Below are positions 25,310-34,394 of a stretch of DNA of 64,000 nt, one piece after another (the stretch's first letter is position 1; each line of letters begins with the position of its first letter). The DNA is from Candidatus Multivoradales bacterium. GTDB lineage: Bacteria > Acidobacteriota > Thermoanaerobaculia > Multivoradales > J023. The notes beneath the pieces are model-generated. The model saw only the letters and a program-made list of their open reading frames with translations, had not been told where the DNA came from and made no database searches. The stretch covers positions 2,016,001 to 2,080,000 of the forward strand of contig CBDFLE010000006.1 in NCBI GenBank assembly GCA_965248925.1, given 5' to 3'. Position numbers and translations under genes: made by a program.

Positions 25310-25398
25310 GATCCCTGCTGCGGTCGGTCCTTTCCACGGCAAGGCTGCCAACGAGCGAAACCCCAGGCCTCTAGCTGTTTGACAGTAGCCACCGGGTC

Positions 25399-26583
25399 AT
25401 GGACGATTGGCAGCACCTAGCGATGAGCGACCCAAACCACCCGACTGACACCCTGCGGCGGGCCTGGCTGGATTTTCAACCAGCACTGGGCGAGAGTGCC
25501 GCGCGGCTGGTGGCGAGGGGTTCCTGGGTCATTGCCCAAGCCGCCGAGCTGGACGCTGAACTGATCGAGTTGCCGCAGCCCAGCGGCCCCCTGACCGCCG
25601 ACCTCGGCCAGCTGACTCGCCTCGACACCGCCGGCGCCTGGCTGCTGCACCGCACCCTGCTGCACTGGCGCGAGCGCGCGCTGAAGGTGGAACTCGAGGG
25701 ACTGCGTCCTGAATTCGGCTTGCTCCTCGACGAAGTGGAGCGTAGCTACCGGCTTTGCGCGGTGAAGCCACCTCAGCGCAATTCGCTGCTCGGAGCTATC
25801 GAACGGTTGGGCCGAGGGACCCTCGATACACTGGCCACCAGCCGCGATTTCATCGCTTTCTTCGGCGCCGCCCTGGTTTCCTTCGCCCGCACCTTGCCGC
25901 GCCCGCGCCGTTGGCGGGTGACCTCGACCGTGCACCACATGGAAGAAGCGGGTTTCGATGCCTTGCCCATCGTCGGTCTGATCTCGTTCCTGATCGGCAT
26001 TGTGCTGGCCTACCAAGGAGCCGCCCAGCTGCGCCAGTTCGGCGCCCAAATTTTCGTCGCCGACCTGGTATCGATCGCCGTGCTGCGGGAGTTCGGCATC
26101 GTGCTGACCGCGATCATCGTCGCCGGTCGCTCGGGCAGCGCTTTCACCGCCCAGTTGGGCTCGATGAAGGTTCGCGAGGAGATCGACGCCCTGCAGACCC
26201 TGGGGCTCGACCCGATGGAGGTGTTGGTACTGCCACGGATGCTGGCATTGATCCTCACCTTGCCCTTGCTGACTGTCTTCGCCGACCTCGCCGGCCTGTT
26301 CGGAGGCGGGCTGATGAGCTGGGTGGCACTTGACGTGCCACCGGTACAATTTCTCGATCGCATGCGGGCAGCGGTGGGGGTGGGGAGTTTCTGGGTCGGG
26401 ATCGGCAAGGCACCTGTCTTTGCCATGTTGATTGCGCTGGTGGGCTGCTTCGAGGGCTTCGCGGTGGGTGGCTCGGCGGAATCGGTGGGCCGCCACACTA
26501 CCCGCTCAGTGGTCGAATCGATCTTCTTGGTGATCGTTGCCGATGCGCTGTTTTCGATCTTCTTCGACTTGGTGGGGGTGTGA
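25399..26583 (+). CDS. mlaE: MlaE family ABC permease with N-terminal STAS domain
   Basis: LTRLDTAGAWLL (STAS); REFGIVLTAIIVAGRSGSAFTAQLGSMKVREEIDAL; VGRHTTRSVV. Confidence 0.92.
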   Translation: MDDWQHLAMSDPNHPTDTLRRAWLDFQPALGESAARLVARGSWVIAQAAELDAELIELPQPSGPLTADLGQLTRLDTAGAWLLHRTLLHWRERALKVELEGLRPEFGLLLDEVERSYRLCAVKPPQRNSLLGAIERLGRGTLDTLATSRDFIAFFGAALVSFARTLPRPRRWRVTSTVHHMEEAGFDALPIVGLISFLIGIVLAYQGAAQLRQFGAQIFVADLVSIAVLREFGIVLTAIIVAGRSGSAFTAQLGSMKVREEIDALQTLGLDPMEVLVLPRMLALILTLPLLTVFADLAGLFGGGLMSWVALDVPPVQFLDRMRAAVGVGSFWVGIGKAPVFAMLIALVGCFEGFAVGGSAESVGRHTTRSVVESIFLVIVADALFSIFFDLVGV

Positions 26584-27401
26584 TGGTAAGCCGTGCTGCA
26601 TTTGATTCGCCGATCATCCGGGTGCGTGGGCTGCGCAGCCAATTCGGCCGCCACGTCGTCCACGACGACCTGAATCTCGAGGTCCGACGGGGCGAGGTCT
26701 TGGGGCTGGTCGGTGGCTCGGGAACCGGCAAGTCGGTCTTGCTGCGCACTATCGTCGGCCTCAATCGGCCGGCGGCCGGCACGGTCGAAGTCTTTGGCAC
26801 CGACCTGAGCTCCCTACCCACTACCGAACGCCGCACTTACGAGCGCCGCTGGGGAGTGCTCTTCCAAGACGGCGCGCTGTTCAGCTCGCTGACCGTGGCC
26901 GAGAACATCCAGGTGCCGCTGGCCGAGCATCTGCGCCTGCCACGGCGATTGATGGACGAGATCTCGAGCTTAAAGATCTCGATGGTCGGCCTGGCACCGC
27001 AAGCCGGCGCCAAATTTCCGGCCCAGCTTTCGGGCGGCATGCGCAAACGGGCCGGCTTGGCGCGGGCTCTCGCCCTCGACCCGGAGATCGTCTTCCTCGA
27101 CGAGCCGACCTCCGGCCTCGACCCCATCGGCGCCTCCGCCTTCGACCAACTGATCCGGCGCTTACAGCAGGCCCTCGGCTTGACCGTCTTCATGGTCACC
27201 CACGATCTCGACAGCTTGAACGCGATCTGCGACCGTATCGCCGTGTTGGCGGAAAAGAAAGTACTGCTGGTCGGCACCATAGAAGAGATGCGCCGCAGTG
27301 ATCATCCCTGGGTGCGCGACTACTTCCACGGCCCTCGCGGCCGCGCTGCCCTCGCAGCCCCCAGCCAGCCAAACCCACCCTCAGCGCCGCTGGACAGCTA
27401 A
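26580..27401 (+). CDS. mlaF: MlaF family ABC ATPase
   Basis: GGSGTGKS, FQDGALFSSL, LSGGMRKR, FLDEPTSGLDP, VTHD. Confidence 0.93.
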   Translation: MMVSRAAFDSPIIRVRGLRSQFGRHVVHDDLNLEVRRGEVLGLVGGSGTGKSVLLRTIVGLNRPAAGTVEVFGTDLSSLPTTERRTYERRWGVLFQDGALFSSLTVAENIQVPLAEHLRLPRRLMDEISSLKISMVGLAPQAGAKFPAQLSGGMRKRAGLARALALDPEIVFLDEPTSGLDPIGASAFDQLIRRLQQALGLTVFMVTHDLDSLNAICDRIAVLAEKKVLLVGTIEEMRRSDHPWVRDYFHGPRGRAALAAPSQPNPPSAPLDS

Positions 27402-27469
27402 CATGGCATCTGCGATGGTTAACCCTGACAATGTGCTGAAGACAGCGACAATGATGGCCTGAATCAAGC

Positions 27470-28480
27470 ATGGAAACTCGCGCCAGCCACCTCTATGTCG
27501 GCACCCTGGTTTTGCTCCTGGTGTTCGCTAGCCTGTGCTTTGTGCTGTGGTTGGTGCGCGCCGAGATCCACCGCGAGCGGGCCTACTACGACATCTATTT
27601 CGAAGGCTCGGTCGCCGGCTTGGGGCTCGGTGGTGATGTGCGCTACCGCGGTATTCGAATCGGCGAGGTAGACAACATCGCGGTACCGCCGGACAATCCC
27701 ACCTCGGTGCGGGTGACGGTGGAACTCGACGCCGACTTTCCGATTCGCCAAGGCGATGAGGCGTCGCTCGAACTTCAACTGATCACCGGCCTAGCCTACA
27801 TCGACATCGACGGCGCCGGCCCCGATAGCCCCATGCTGAACACCCAAGGTGACCAGCGACTACCGATTATCCCCTCCAAGCCCTCGGCGGTGGCGCTGCT
27901 GTTCAAGGGCGCCCCGGCGTTGATCAGTCAAGGCATTTTGCTGACCGAACGGCTAGAGAGCTTCCTCTCTGAGGAGAACGCCGTCGCGTTCTCCAGCATG
28001 CTCGCCGACATCAACGTGCTGACCGGCGAGCTGGCCGGCCGCCAGGCGCAAATCGGTCGCATTCTCGACGGCTTCGAAGAGGGCAGCCAGGAACTCTCGG
28101 AACTCTCCGCCGTGGTGCGGCGAACGATGAGCGGCATCGAGTCTTGGATGGTGCAAGCTAACGACACCCTGGCGGTGGTCCACCACGCGATGGTCGCCGC
28201 CGATCAGCTGATCACCGACGACGCCCAGGCGATGATCAGCGAGTTCCGGCAAACCGCCGGCGACCTATCACGCGCCGCGGGCGAGATGGAGGGTCTGCTG
28301 GTGGAGAACCGCGAGCCCATCGCCGCTTTCACCCAACAAGGCTTGCCCGAGGTGGTGCGTCTGACCGGTGAGGCCCGTTTCTTGATCGCTCGTCTGGCCC
28401 GCCTGCTCGAGCGGCTTGACAGTGAAGGCGCCGGTTTCCTCCTCGGCACCAAAGACCAGGAGTTCGAAGCCGAGCGATGA
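27470..28480 (+). CDS. mlaD: MCE/MlaD family protein with long helical domain
   Basis: METRA....VG.LV N-terminal TM; F.GSVAGL..G.DVRYRGI.IGEV; coiled-coil C-terminal region. Confidence 0.9.
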   Translation: METRASHLYVGTLVLLLVFASLCFVLWLVRAEIHRERAYYDIYFEGSVAGLGLGGDVRYRGIRIGEVDNIAVPPDNPTSVRVTVELDADFPIRQGDEASLELQLITGLAYIDIDGAGPDSPMLNTQGDQRLPIIPSKPSAVALLFKGAPALISQGILLTERLESFLSEENAVAFSSMLADINVLTGELAGRQAQIGRILDGFEEGSQELSELSAVVRRTMSGIESWMVQANDTLAVVHHAMVAADQLITDDAQAMISEFRQTAGDLSRAAGEMEGLLVENREPIAAFTQQGLPEVVRLTGEARFLIARLARLLERLDSEGAGFLLGTKDQEFEAER

Positions 28481-29136
28481 GAAAACCGGTCACAGCCACC
28501 TCCATCTTGCCCTGGCTCGCCCTCGGCTGCTTGCTCAGCGGATGTGGCTCATTGCTACCGCTATCGGCCCCCGAAGCGACCCTCTACAACCTCACCCCAC
28601 AAGCCCGGTTTGGCGAGCAGCTGCCTAAGGTCGATTGGCAGTTGGTGGTGGAAGAGCCGCTGACCCACGGTGGCCTCGACAGCAACCGCATCGCGGTACG
28701 TCCATCGCCACGGCAGCTACAGTACTTCGCTGGCGCCCGCTGGACCGAGCGCAGTCCGCGCATGGTCCAGAGCCTGTTGCTAGAAACTTTCGAAGATACC
28801 GGCAAGATTGTTGCCGTTGGCCGACAGACCATCGGCTTGCGCTCTGACTACAACCTGAAGAGTGAGCTGCGGGCATTTCAGGCCGAGTATTTCGAAGATG
28901 GCAAGCCAATCAAGGTGAGGATTCGCTTGCACGTCAAGCTGGTCCGACAGCCGCGCCAGGAGATCGTCGCCGCCCGCACTTTTCACTATGTCCAGGTGGC
29001 GACGGGACGCAAGATGCCAGAGGTGGTAGCTGCTTTCGACAGAGCTCTTGGTGAGGTGCTGCGCGAGGTGGTCAGTTGGGTGCTCAGTACGCCGCCAAAG
29101 AACATTGATGCCGAAAAAGAGCTAGCCGACGGCTAG
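28477..29136 (+). CDS. PqiC/DUF330 ABC-type auxiliary lipoprotein
   Basis: Lipobox LSGC; LDSNRI...YFAGARW...P.MVQ; follows the MCE gene. Confidence 0.88.
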   Translation: MRKPVTATSILPWLALGCLLSGCGSLLPLSAPEATLYNLTPQARFGEQLPKVDWQLVVEEPLTHGGLDSNRIAVRPSPRQLQYFAGARWTERSPRMVQSLLLETFEDTGKIVAVGRQTIGLRSDYNLKSELRAFQAEYFEDGKPIKVRIRLHVKLVRQPRQEIVAARTFHYVQVATGRKMPEVVAAFDRALGEVLREVVSWVLSTPPKNIDAEKELADG

Positions 29137-29166
29137 CCCTAATGAAACCTGTTAGCTGGCAACAAC

Positions 29167-29631
29167 TTAGCCGAACAGCTCAAGAGTGCGCTGCAACAGG
29201 CGGGCCGGCAGCCGCACTCGGACCCGAGTATCGGGGCTATCTATCCGCACTTCGTAGGTGCGCCAATGCTTGAGCACCTGGACGTGCTCCGAGCCTGATT
29301 TGACATCGACCAGCACTCCCTTCGGACAGGACGCCAGGCCTTGGGCCACCTCTTCGAGAGCCGGCCGCCAGGGCTCGATTTGCTCTCCGATGCGGGCCAA
29401 CTCGGCGGGCTCGAGAAGGCGCGGCAGAACCCACAATCCAACATCGAAGAGTAGCGCCGGCACCGGAATGTAGAGGTCAGTGCCATCGGCCGCTTCGACT
29501 GCGACACTGACCGTGCCAGTGGCCGCCACGGTCGCCGCCAGGACGAAAATCGGTGAGATCAAGAGCACCAGAAGTATGGCGGTCCAGCGAAAAATCCGGC
29601 GACGACGGGGGACTGTTGGGTTCTGGCTCAT
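29167..29631 (-). CDS. Hypothetical membrane-anchored protein
   Basis: N-terminal TM; shares the V.V.(L/V)P..L and LV.V..G...V.V patterns with the neighbouring gene. Confidence 0.7.
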   Translation of the reverse strand: MSQNPTVPRRRRIFRWTAILLVLLISPIFVLAATVAATGTVSVAVEAADGTDLYIPVPALLFDVGLWVLPRLLEPAELARIGEQIEPWRPALEEVAQGLASCPKGVLVDVKSGSEHVQVLKHWRTYEVRIDSPDTRVRVRLPARLLQRTLELFG

Positions 29632-29706
29632 AACTTCACCTACGCGGGGCCTTGCGATTTTGTTCCATGCTGGGCAGATCTAAGTTTAGGCACGGCCAGT
29701 TGGGAA

Positions 29707-29772
29707 CAGCGGACTCGCTACAGCAGATTCGGTGCAGCGGATTTACTACAGCGGATTTACTACAGCGGCTTT
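29707..29772. repeat. Degenerate 14-bp tandem repeat (CAGCGGATTTACTA-like, about 4.7 copies)
   Basis: cagcggactcgcta / cagcagattcggtg / cagcggatttacta / cagcggatttacta / cagcggcttt. Confidence 0.8.
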
Positions 29773-30320
29773 CAGTCAGTGGCGTTCCTATTGTCGATCC
29801 ACACCCGTACGGTGGTATCTCCATCCCGCACCGACACCAGGTTGCCAGGGCCAAAATCAGCCAGCGCCTGCAGGGCGGCTTCGAAGTTGAGCTGGTCGCC
29901 AGGACCGGAGAGCAAGGCATCTATTACCGCCAGCGGGAACTTGACATCGACCTGGGTGCCGTCGTGGGACTCATCGCTGGTGACCAACACGAACTGTCCC
30001 TGCTTCTTGACATCGATACGGTCATCGCCACTCTTGATGCTGACGAAGGTGGCTTCAGGAGCGTCTTTGACTTCTTCCCAGAACAGCCGAAAATCATCCC
30101 AGCCCATGTTGAGGTCGTCGAGGGCGATCTCGGCTTCGGCGCTGACATCGTCGGGAATCATACGCACGGCAGCGGACAGCAGGGACATCGGTAGGTTGAC
30201 GGAAACCTCGTCCGAGCCGCCATCATTGATCTTGACGTGAATCCACTGATCGGCAACCGCCGCACTGGCACCGAGGGCTGAGCACAGCAGAAGAATGCTG
30301 AGAATTATCTTGATCTTCAT
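29772..30320 (-). CDS. Secreted acidic hypothetical protein with internal duplication
   Basis: AGGAGG RBS; signal peptide MKIKIILSILLLCSALGASA; two repeats (VSVNLPMSLL / VDVKFPLAVI; FVSIKSGDDRIDV / LVSVRDGDTTVRV). Confidence 0.8.
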   Translation of the reverse strand: MKIKIILSILLLCSALGASAAVADQWIHVKINDGGSDEVSVNLPMSLLSAAVRMIPDDVSAEAEIALDDLNMGWDDFRLFWEEVKDAPEATFVSIKSGDDRIDVKKQGQFVLVTSDESHDGTQVDVKFPLAVIDALLSGPGDQLNFEAALQALADFGPGNLVSVRDGDTTVRVWIDNRNATD

Positions 30321-30375
30321 GGTTTGGGCCTCCTTTAGCGTCGTCTTCTATGTGAAGCATCTCTCTACACTAGAA

Positions 30376-30404
30376 ACAACGCCACCGAACGGCGGATGGT
30401 TACA
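30376..30404 (-). promoter_or_regulatory. Putative ECF sigma factor promoter TGTAAC-N17-CGTTGT
   Basis: Matches the AAC/CGT ECF promoter architecture, about 55 nt upstream of the 30320 start. Confidence 0.5.
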
Positions 30405-30486
30405 GCGACCGACGAAAAGAATTTGCGGTCGCGCAACGACCGGGGGAAGGAAAGGGGTCTCACGGCGACAGGCCGGGCCGTCAAAC

Positions 30487-31644
30487 TCAGACAGCAACCG
30501 GCTGGCGCAAGGCTTTGACCTCAGCGGCTAGCACGGGTAGAAAGGCCTCGACCTCGGCCAACCTGTTGGTAATACCAAAGCTGATCCGCAGCGACGACAA
30601 GGCTTGCTCAGCACTGAAGCCCATTTGCAGCAACACCCGACTCGGCTGGGCTTCCCCTTTGTGGCAGGCGGCGCCGGTGGACACCGCGTAGCCGACTGCG
30701 TCGAGCCGCTCGGCCAGGCGCTGTCCCACGACCCCCTCGAAGCCAACATGGGACGTGTGCGGCAGCCTTGGCGAGCGAGCGCAATGCACCGTCACGCCAT
30801 CGATCTCGGCCAGCCCATCTTCCAGCCGATCGCGCAGTCCACCGAGTAGCAGGCGCCGATCATCAAGTTCCAGGCGAGCCAACTCGGCGGCCCGCCCCAG
30901 GCCAACGATCCCCGGCACATTCTCAGTGCTGGCCCGGCGCTTGCGCTCCTGACCGCCACCGAGCAGCAAAGGACGAAAATCGGCGCCAGCGCGGATTCTC
31001 AGTACCGCTACTCCTGGCGGACCGTGGAATTTGTGACCGCCAAAGATCAAGTAGTCGACATCCAAGGTAGCGCAGCTCACCGGCACTTTACCCACTGCCT
31101 GCGAAACATCGCACATCAGGGGCACGCCGCGCCGCCGGCACGCCTCGGCGACCTCGACCACTGGTTGCAGAGTACCGAGTTCGTTGTGGGCCATCATCAA
31201 GCACACCAGGCGAGTATCGGGACGCAGGGCCGCCGCCATACGCTCGGGGGAGACCCGGCCGTCGAGTTCGGGAGGCACCTCGCTGATCGCCATCCCCAAG
31301 CGCCGCGCTTCCTGCGCCATAGCATGCACCGAGGGGTGCTCCAGGGATGAATGAACAATGTGGCCAACAAAGCCGGAACGCTGGGCAACACCGCGGATGA
31401 CCGAGTTGTTGGCCTCGGTGCCTGAGGCCAGGAACAACACCTCATCCGCCGGCACCGAGATCAGCTCAGCTACTTGCTGCCGCGCGAGGTCGACGGCCTG
31501 CCGCGCCCGGCGGCCGAAACCATGGGTTGATGAAGGGTTGCCGTGCTCACTTCCCAACCAGGGCAGCATGGCCTCACCAACCCGCGAATCAACCGGGGTG
31601 GTGGCATTGTGGTCGAAGTAGATGGGATCAAAATGTGCCGTCAT
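30487..31644 (-). CDS. iscS: Cysteine desulfurase (IscS/NifS group I)
   Basis: IYFDHNATTP, GNPSS.H, SGTEANN, EHPSV, GHKFHGP (PLP Lys), STGAAC (catalytic Cys), SLRISFG. Confidence 0.92.
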   Translation of the reverse strand: MTAHFDPIYFDHNATTPVDSRVGEAMLPWLGSEHGNPSSTHGFGRRARQAVDLARQQVAELISVPADEVLFLASGTEANNSVIRGVAQRSGFVGHIVHSSLEHPSVHAMAQEARRLGMAISEVPPELDGRVSPERMAAALRPDTRLVCLMMAHNELGTLQPVVEVAEACRRRGVPLMCDVSQAVGKVPVSCATLDVDYLIFGGHKFHGPPGVAVLRIRAGADFRPLLLGGGQERKRRASTENVPGIVGLGRAAELARLELDDRRLLLGGLRDRLEDGLAEIDGVTVHCARSPRLPHTSHVGFEGVVGQRLAERLDAVGYAVSTGAACHKGEAQPSRVLLQMGFSAEQALSSLRISFGITNRLAEVEAFLPVLAAEVKALRQPVAV

Positions 31645-31823
31645 GAGCCTGAGTGTGCCAGATCCGGGCTTATAACGCATCTTTAGCCCCCATCCATCCG
31701 CCCGCGAGGCACGAAATTAACTAAAGAAACCCCTGCTGACACCCGATCGTCACCGTCAGACGGTCATTCGTCACCACGAAGCTGGCGCACCGTCCAGCAG
31801 CACACTAGGATGGTTGGCAGACT

Positions 31824-34394
31824 ATGATCGCTCTACCTCACAACGCCCTTCCCCGCCTCTCTCGACACCTGCTCGCTGCCCTTCTGATGGCCCTGCCCAC
31901 CCTGCTGCTGATCACCCCGGACAGCACCTTCGCCGAGGGCCGACGGGCCCAACGCAAAGCCACGAAAGAAGCCATCGCCGCCCTGCCGCAGCAGTATCGC
32001 GAATGGCTGGCGGAAGTGGTGTTGATTATCTCCGACGCTGAACGGAACTTGTTCCTGAAGCTCGAAGAGCAGTACCAGCGCGACGCTTTCATCGAGCGCT
32101 TCTGGAAAGTGCGAGATTCCTACCCCCGCACGGCGCGCAACGAATACCGCGAAGACTGGTACGCCCGCATTCAGGAAGCGCGGGAGAACTTTGGCCAACT
32201 GGAGAATGATGATCGCTCTCGCATCTTGCTGACCAATGGTTTCCCGCTGCAACGCATACCGGTCAATTGCCGCACTGAGCTGTGGCCGGTGGAGGTTTGG
32301 TTCTATGACGGCAGTGACACGGTCGGTTTCGAGTTTCTGCTGCTCTTCTACCAACCTCACGGCCATGGACCTTTCCGCCTTTGGGACCCCTTTCTTGGTC
32401 TTGACGACCTCAGCCAGAATTCAGGCTTGACGCTGTCCAGAATCGAATCGGTGTGCGGTGAGGACGGACGTGCCATCTTGGCGGCGATCAACTTCTTGCG
32501 CGCCCAAGGAGGCATTCTCGGCGCCCAGGCCGTGCTTTCACGGATCCAGAAAAAGCCCAAGCCACCCAATAAGGAGTGGATCGCTTCATTCTCCACCTAC
32601 TCCACCAAGTTGCCAGAGGGCGCCGAGACCTTCGCTGCTCAGCTGCGGCTGGACTATCCTGGGCGTCACATGAGCCGCTCGGTGATGCAGATCGGCTTGG
32701 CGGTGCCGGTCGAAGCGTTGGCCACCGCCGAACTCGCCGGCCAGAAGTCTTTCAATTTGATGCTCAACGGCGAAGTCTTGCGGGGCGAAGAGCTATTCGA
32801 GAATTTTCGCTATAAGTTCGACTTGCCCACCCGCGAAGTGCCAGGGGACGAAGTCTCGTTAGTCGTGCAACGCTACCTACGACCGGGCAGCTACGAGCTG
32901 ATCCTCAAGGTCGAGGATATCAACAGCGGCCGCTTTCACCGTCTACGCCAAACCATCGAGGTGCCGAGGCTCGACAACATCGTGGCGCCACCACCGCCCA
33001 CCGACCCAGAAACAGCTCGCCTGCTGGCCGAGGCCAACGCGGCGATCAAAAGCGGCGAATCTACCCTCGAACTAGTGCCGCCACGAGGCGGCTGGCAGAC
33101 CGGCCTGTTGCGAGTCAACACCCTGACCACCGGCGAGAACATCGCCAAAGTCACCTTCTTCCTCGACAATCGACCAATCTTGACCAAGCGGCGGCAGCCC
33201 TTCAGCGTCGAACTCGACCTCGGTGCCGTGCCACGACCCAGAGAGCTGCGAATCGTCGGTTACGACTCGCAAGACGAGGAGATCGCCGCCGACGAGCTAA
33301 CTTTGAATGCTGGCCAGCACCGCTTCGCCGTCAACCTCACCGAGCCCCGCCAGGGCAAGACCTACCAGCGCAGCTTGCGCGCCCAAGCCGAGGTGATCCT
33401 GCCCGAGGGTGAGATTGCCGAACGGGTGGAGTTCTTTCTCAACGAGACTCTGGTGGCAACGGTCTACCAGCCGCCCTACCTGCAACCCATCGTGTTGCCC
33501 AGCAGCGAGGAAGTGGCCTATGTCAGAGCGGTGGCCTACACCCTCGACGGAACCAACGTCGAGGACACCGTCTTCATCAACTTCCCCGGCTATTTGGAAG
33601 ATGTCGATGTTGATTTCGTCGAACTCTACACCACGGTACTGGACCGTGACCGGCGACCGGTGGAAGACCTTGAGCTAGCCGACTTCAGCATCCTCGAAGA
33701 TGGCCAACCGCAGCAAGTCGTGCGTTTCGAAGCGGTGCGCGATCTGCCGATCTTCGTCGCCACCATGCTCGATGTTTCGGCATCGATGGATGAGCAGCTG
33801 ATCCCCGCCCGAGACGCCGCCCTGGGCTTCTTCCAGCAGACCCTGACGGCCAAAGATCGTGGCGCGGTGATTACCTTCAACTCTCATCCCAATCTGGCCG
33901 CCAAGTTCACCAACCAGGTCGACGATCTGGCGGCGGGCCTGGCCGGGCTCAAAGCTGAACTCGGAACCGCGCTCTACGACAGCCTGATCTTCACCCTCTA
34001 CTATTTCAATGGCATCAGTGGCCAACGGGCCATTCTGTTGCTCTCTGACGGCAAGGACGAATCCAGCCGCTATGAGTTCGACGCCGCTTTGGAATACGCC
34101 CAGCGGGCTGGTGTCTCGATCTACTCGATTGGCTTGTCGCTGAACCGTAAAGACCTCGACGCCCGACGCAAGCTGAGCAAGCTCGCCGAAGCCACCGGCG
34201 GTCGCAGCTTCTTCATCGACGATGCCGGCGAGCTGCCGGCGATCTACGACGCCATCCAGCGCGAACTGCGCTCACGCTACTTGCTGGCTTACCAATCTTC
34301 GAACACCAGTGGTAGCAAGGCTTTCCGCGCTATCGAGGTGAAAATGAGCGGCTCCGGCCAGCGTGCCTCCACCCTGCGAGGCTACTATCCCTGA
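31824..34394 (+). CDS. Secreted GWxTD-like domain + Ig-like + VWA (acidobacterial VWFA) protein
   Basis: Signal peptide; YREWL.EV..II...ER..F...RD.FI..FW..RD.YP.T.RNE (GWxTD N-region); VELYTTVLD; MIDAS DVSAS; TALYDS; LLSDG.D. Confidence 0.85.
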   Translation: MIALPHNALPRLSRHLLAALLMALPTLLLITPDSTFAEGRRAQRKATKEAIAALPQQYREWLAEVVLIISDAERNLFLKLEEQYQRDAFIERFWKVRDSYPRTARNEYREDWYARIQEARENFGQLENDDRSRILLTNGFPLQRIPVNCRTELWPVEVWFYDGSDTVGFEFLLLFYQPHGHGPFRLWDPFLGLDDLSQNSGLTLSRIESVCGEDGRAILAAINFLRAQGGILGAQAVLSRIQKKPKPPNKEWIASFSTYSTKLPEGAETFAAQLRLDYPGRHMSRSVMQIGLAVPVEALATAELAGQKSFNLMLNGEVLRGEELFENFRYKFDLPTREVPGDEVSLVVQRYLRPGSYELILKVEDINSGRFHRLRQTIEVPRLDNIVAPPPPTDPETARLLAEANAAIKSGESTLELVPPRGGWQTGLLRVNTLTTGENIAKVTFFLDNRPILTKRRQPFSVELDLGAVPRPRELRIVGYDSQDEEIAADELTLNAGQHRFAVNLTEPRQGKTYQRSLRAQAEVILPEGEIAERVEFFLNETLVATVYQPPYLQPIVLPSSEEVAYVRAVAYTLDGTNVEDTVFINFPGYLEDVDVDFVELYTTVLDRDRRPVEDLELADFSILEDGQPQQVVRFEAVRDLPIFVATMLDVSASMDEQLIPARDAALGFFQQTLTAKDRGAVITFNSHPNLAAKFTNQVDDLAAGLAGLKAELGTALYDSLIFTLYYFNGISGQRAILLLSDGKDESSRYEFDAALEYAQRAGVSIYSIGLSLNRKDLDARRKLSKLAEATGGRSFFIDDAGELPAIYDAIQRELRSRYLLAYQSSNTSGSKAFRAIEVKMSGSGQRASTLRGYYP

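Noticed and set aside
29707-29772. Possible CRISPR array
   Set aside because: Units are 14 bp and directly abutting, with no unique spacers and no cas genes in the window.
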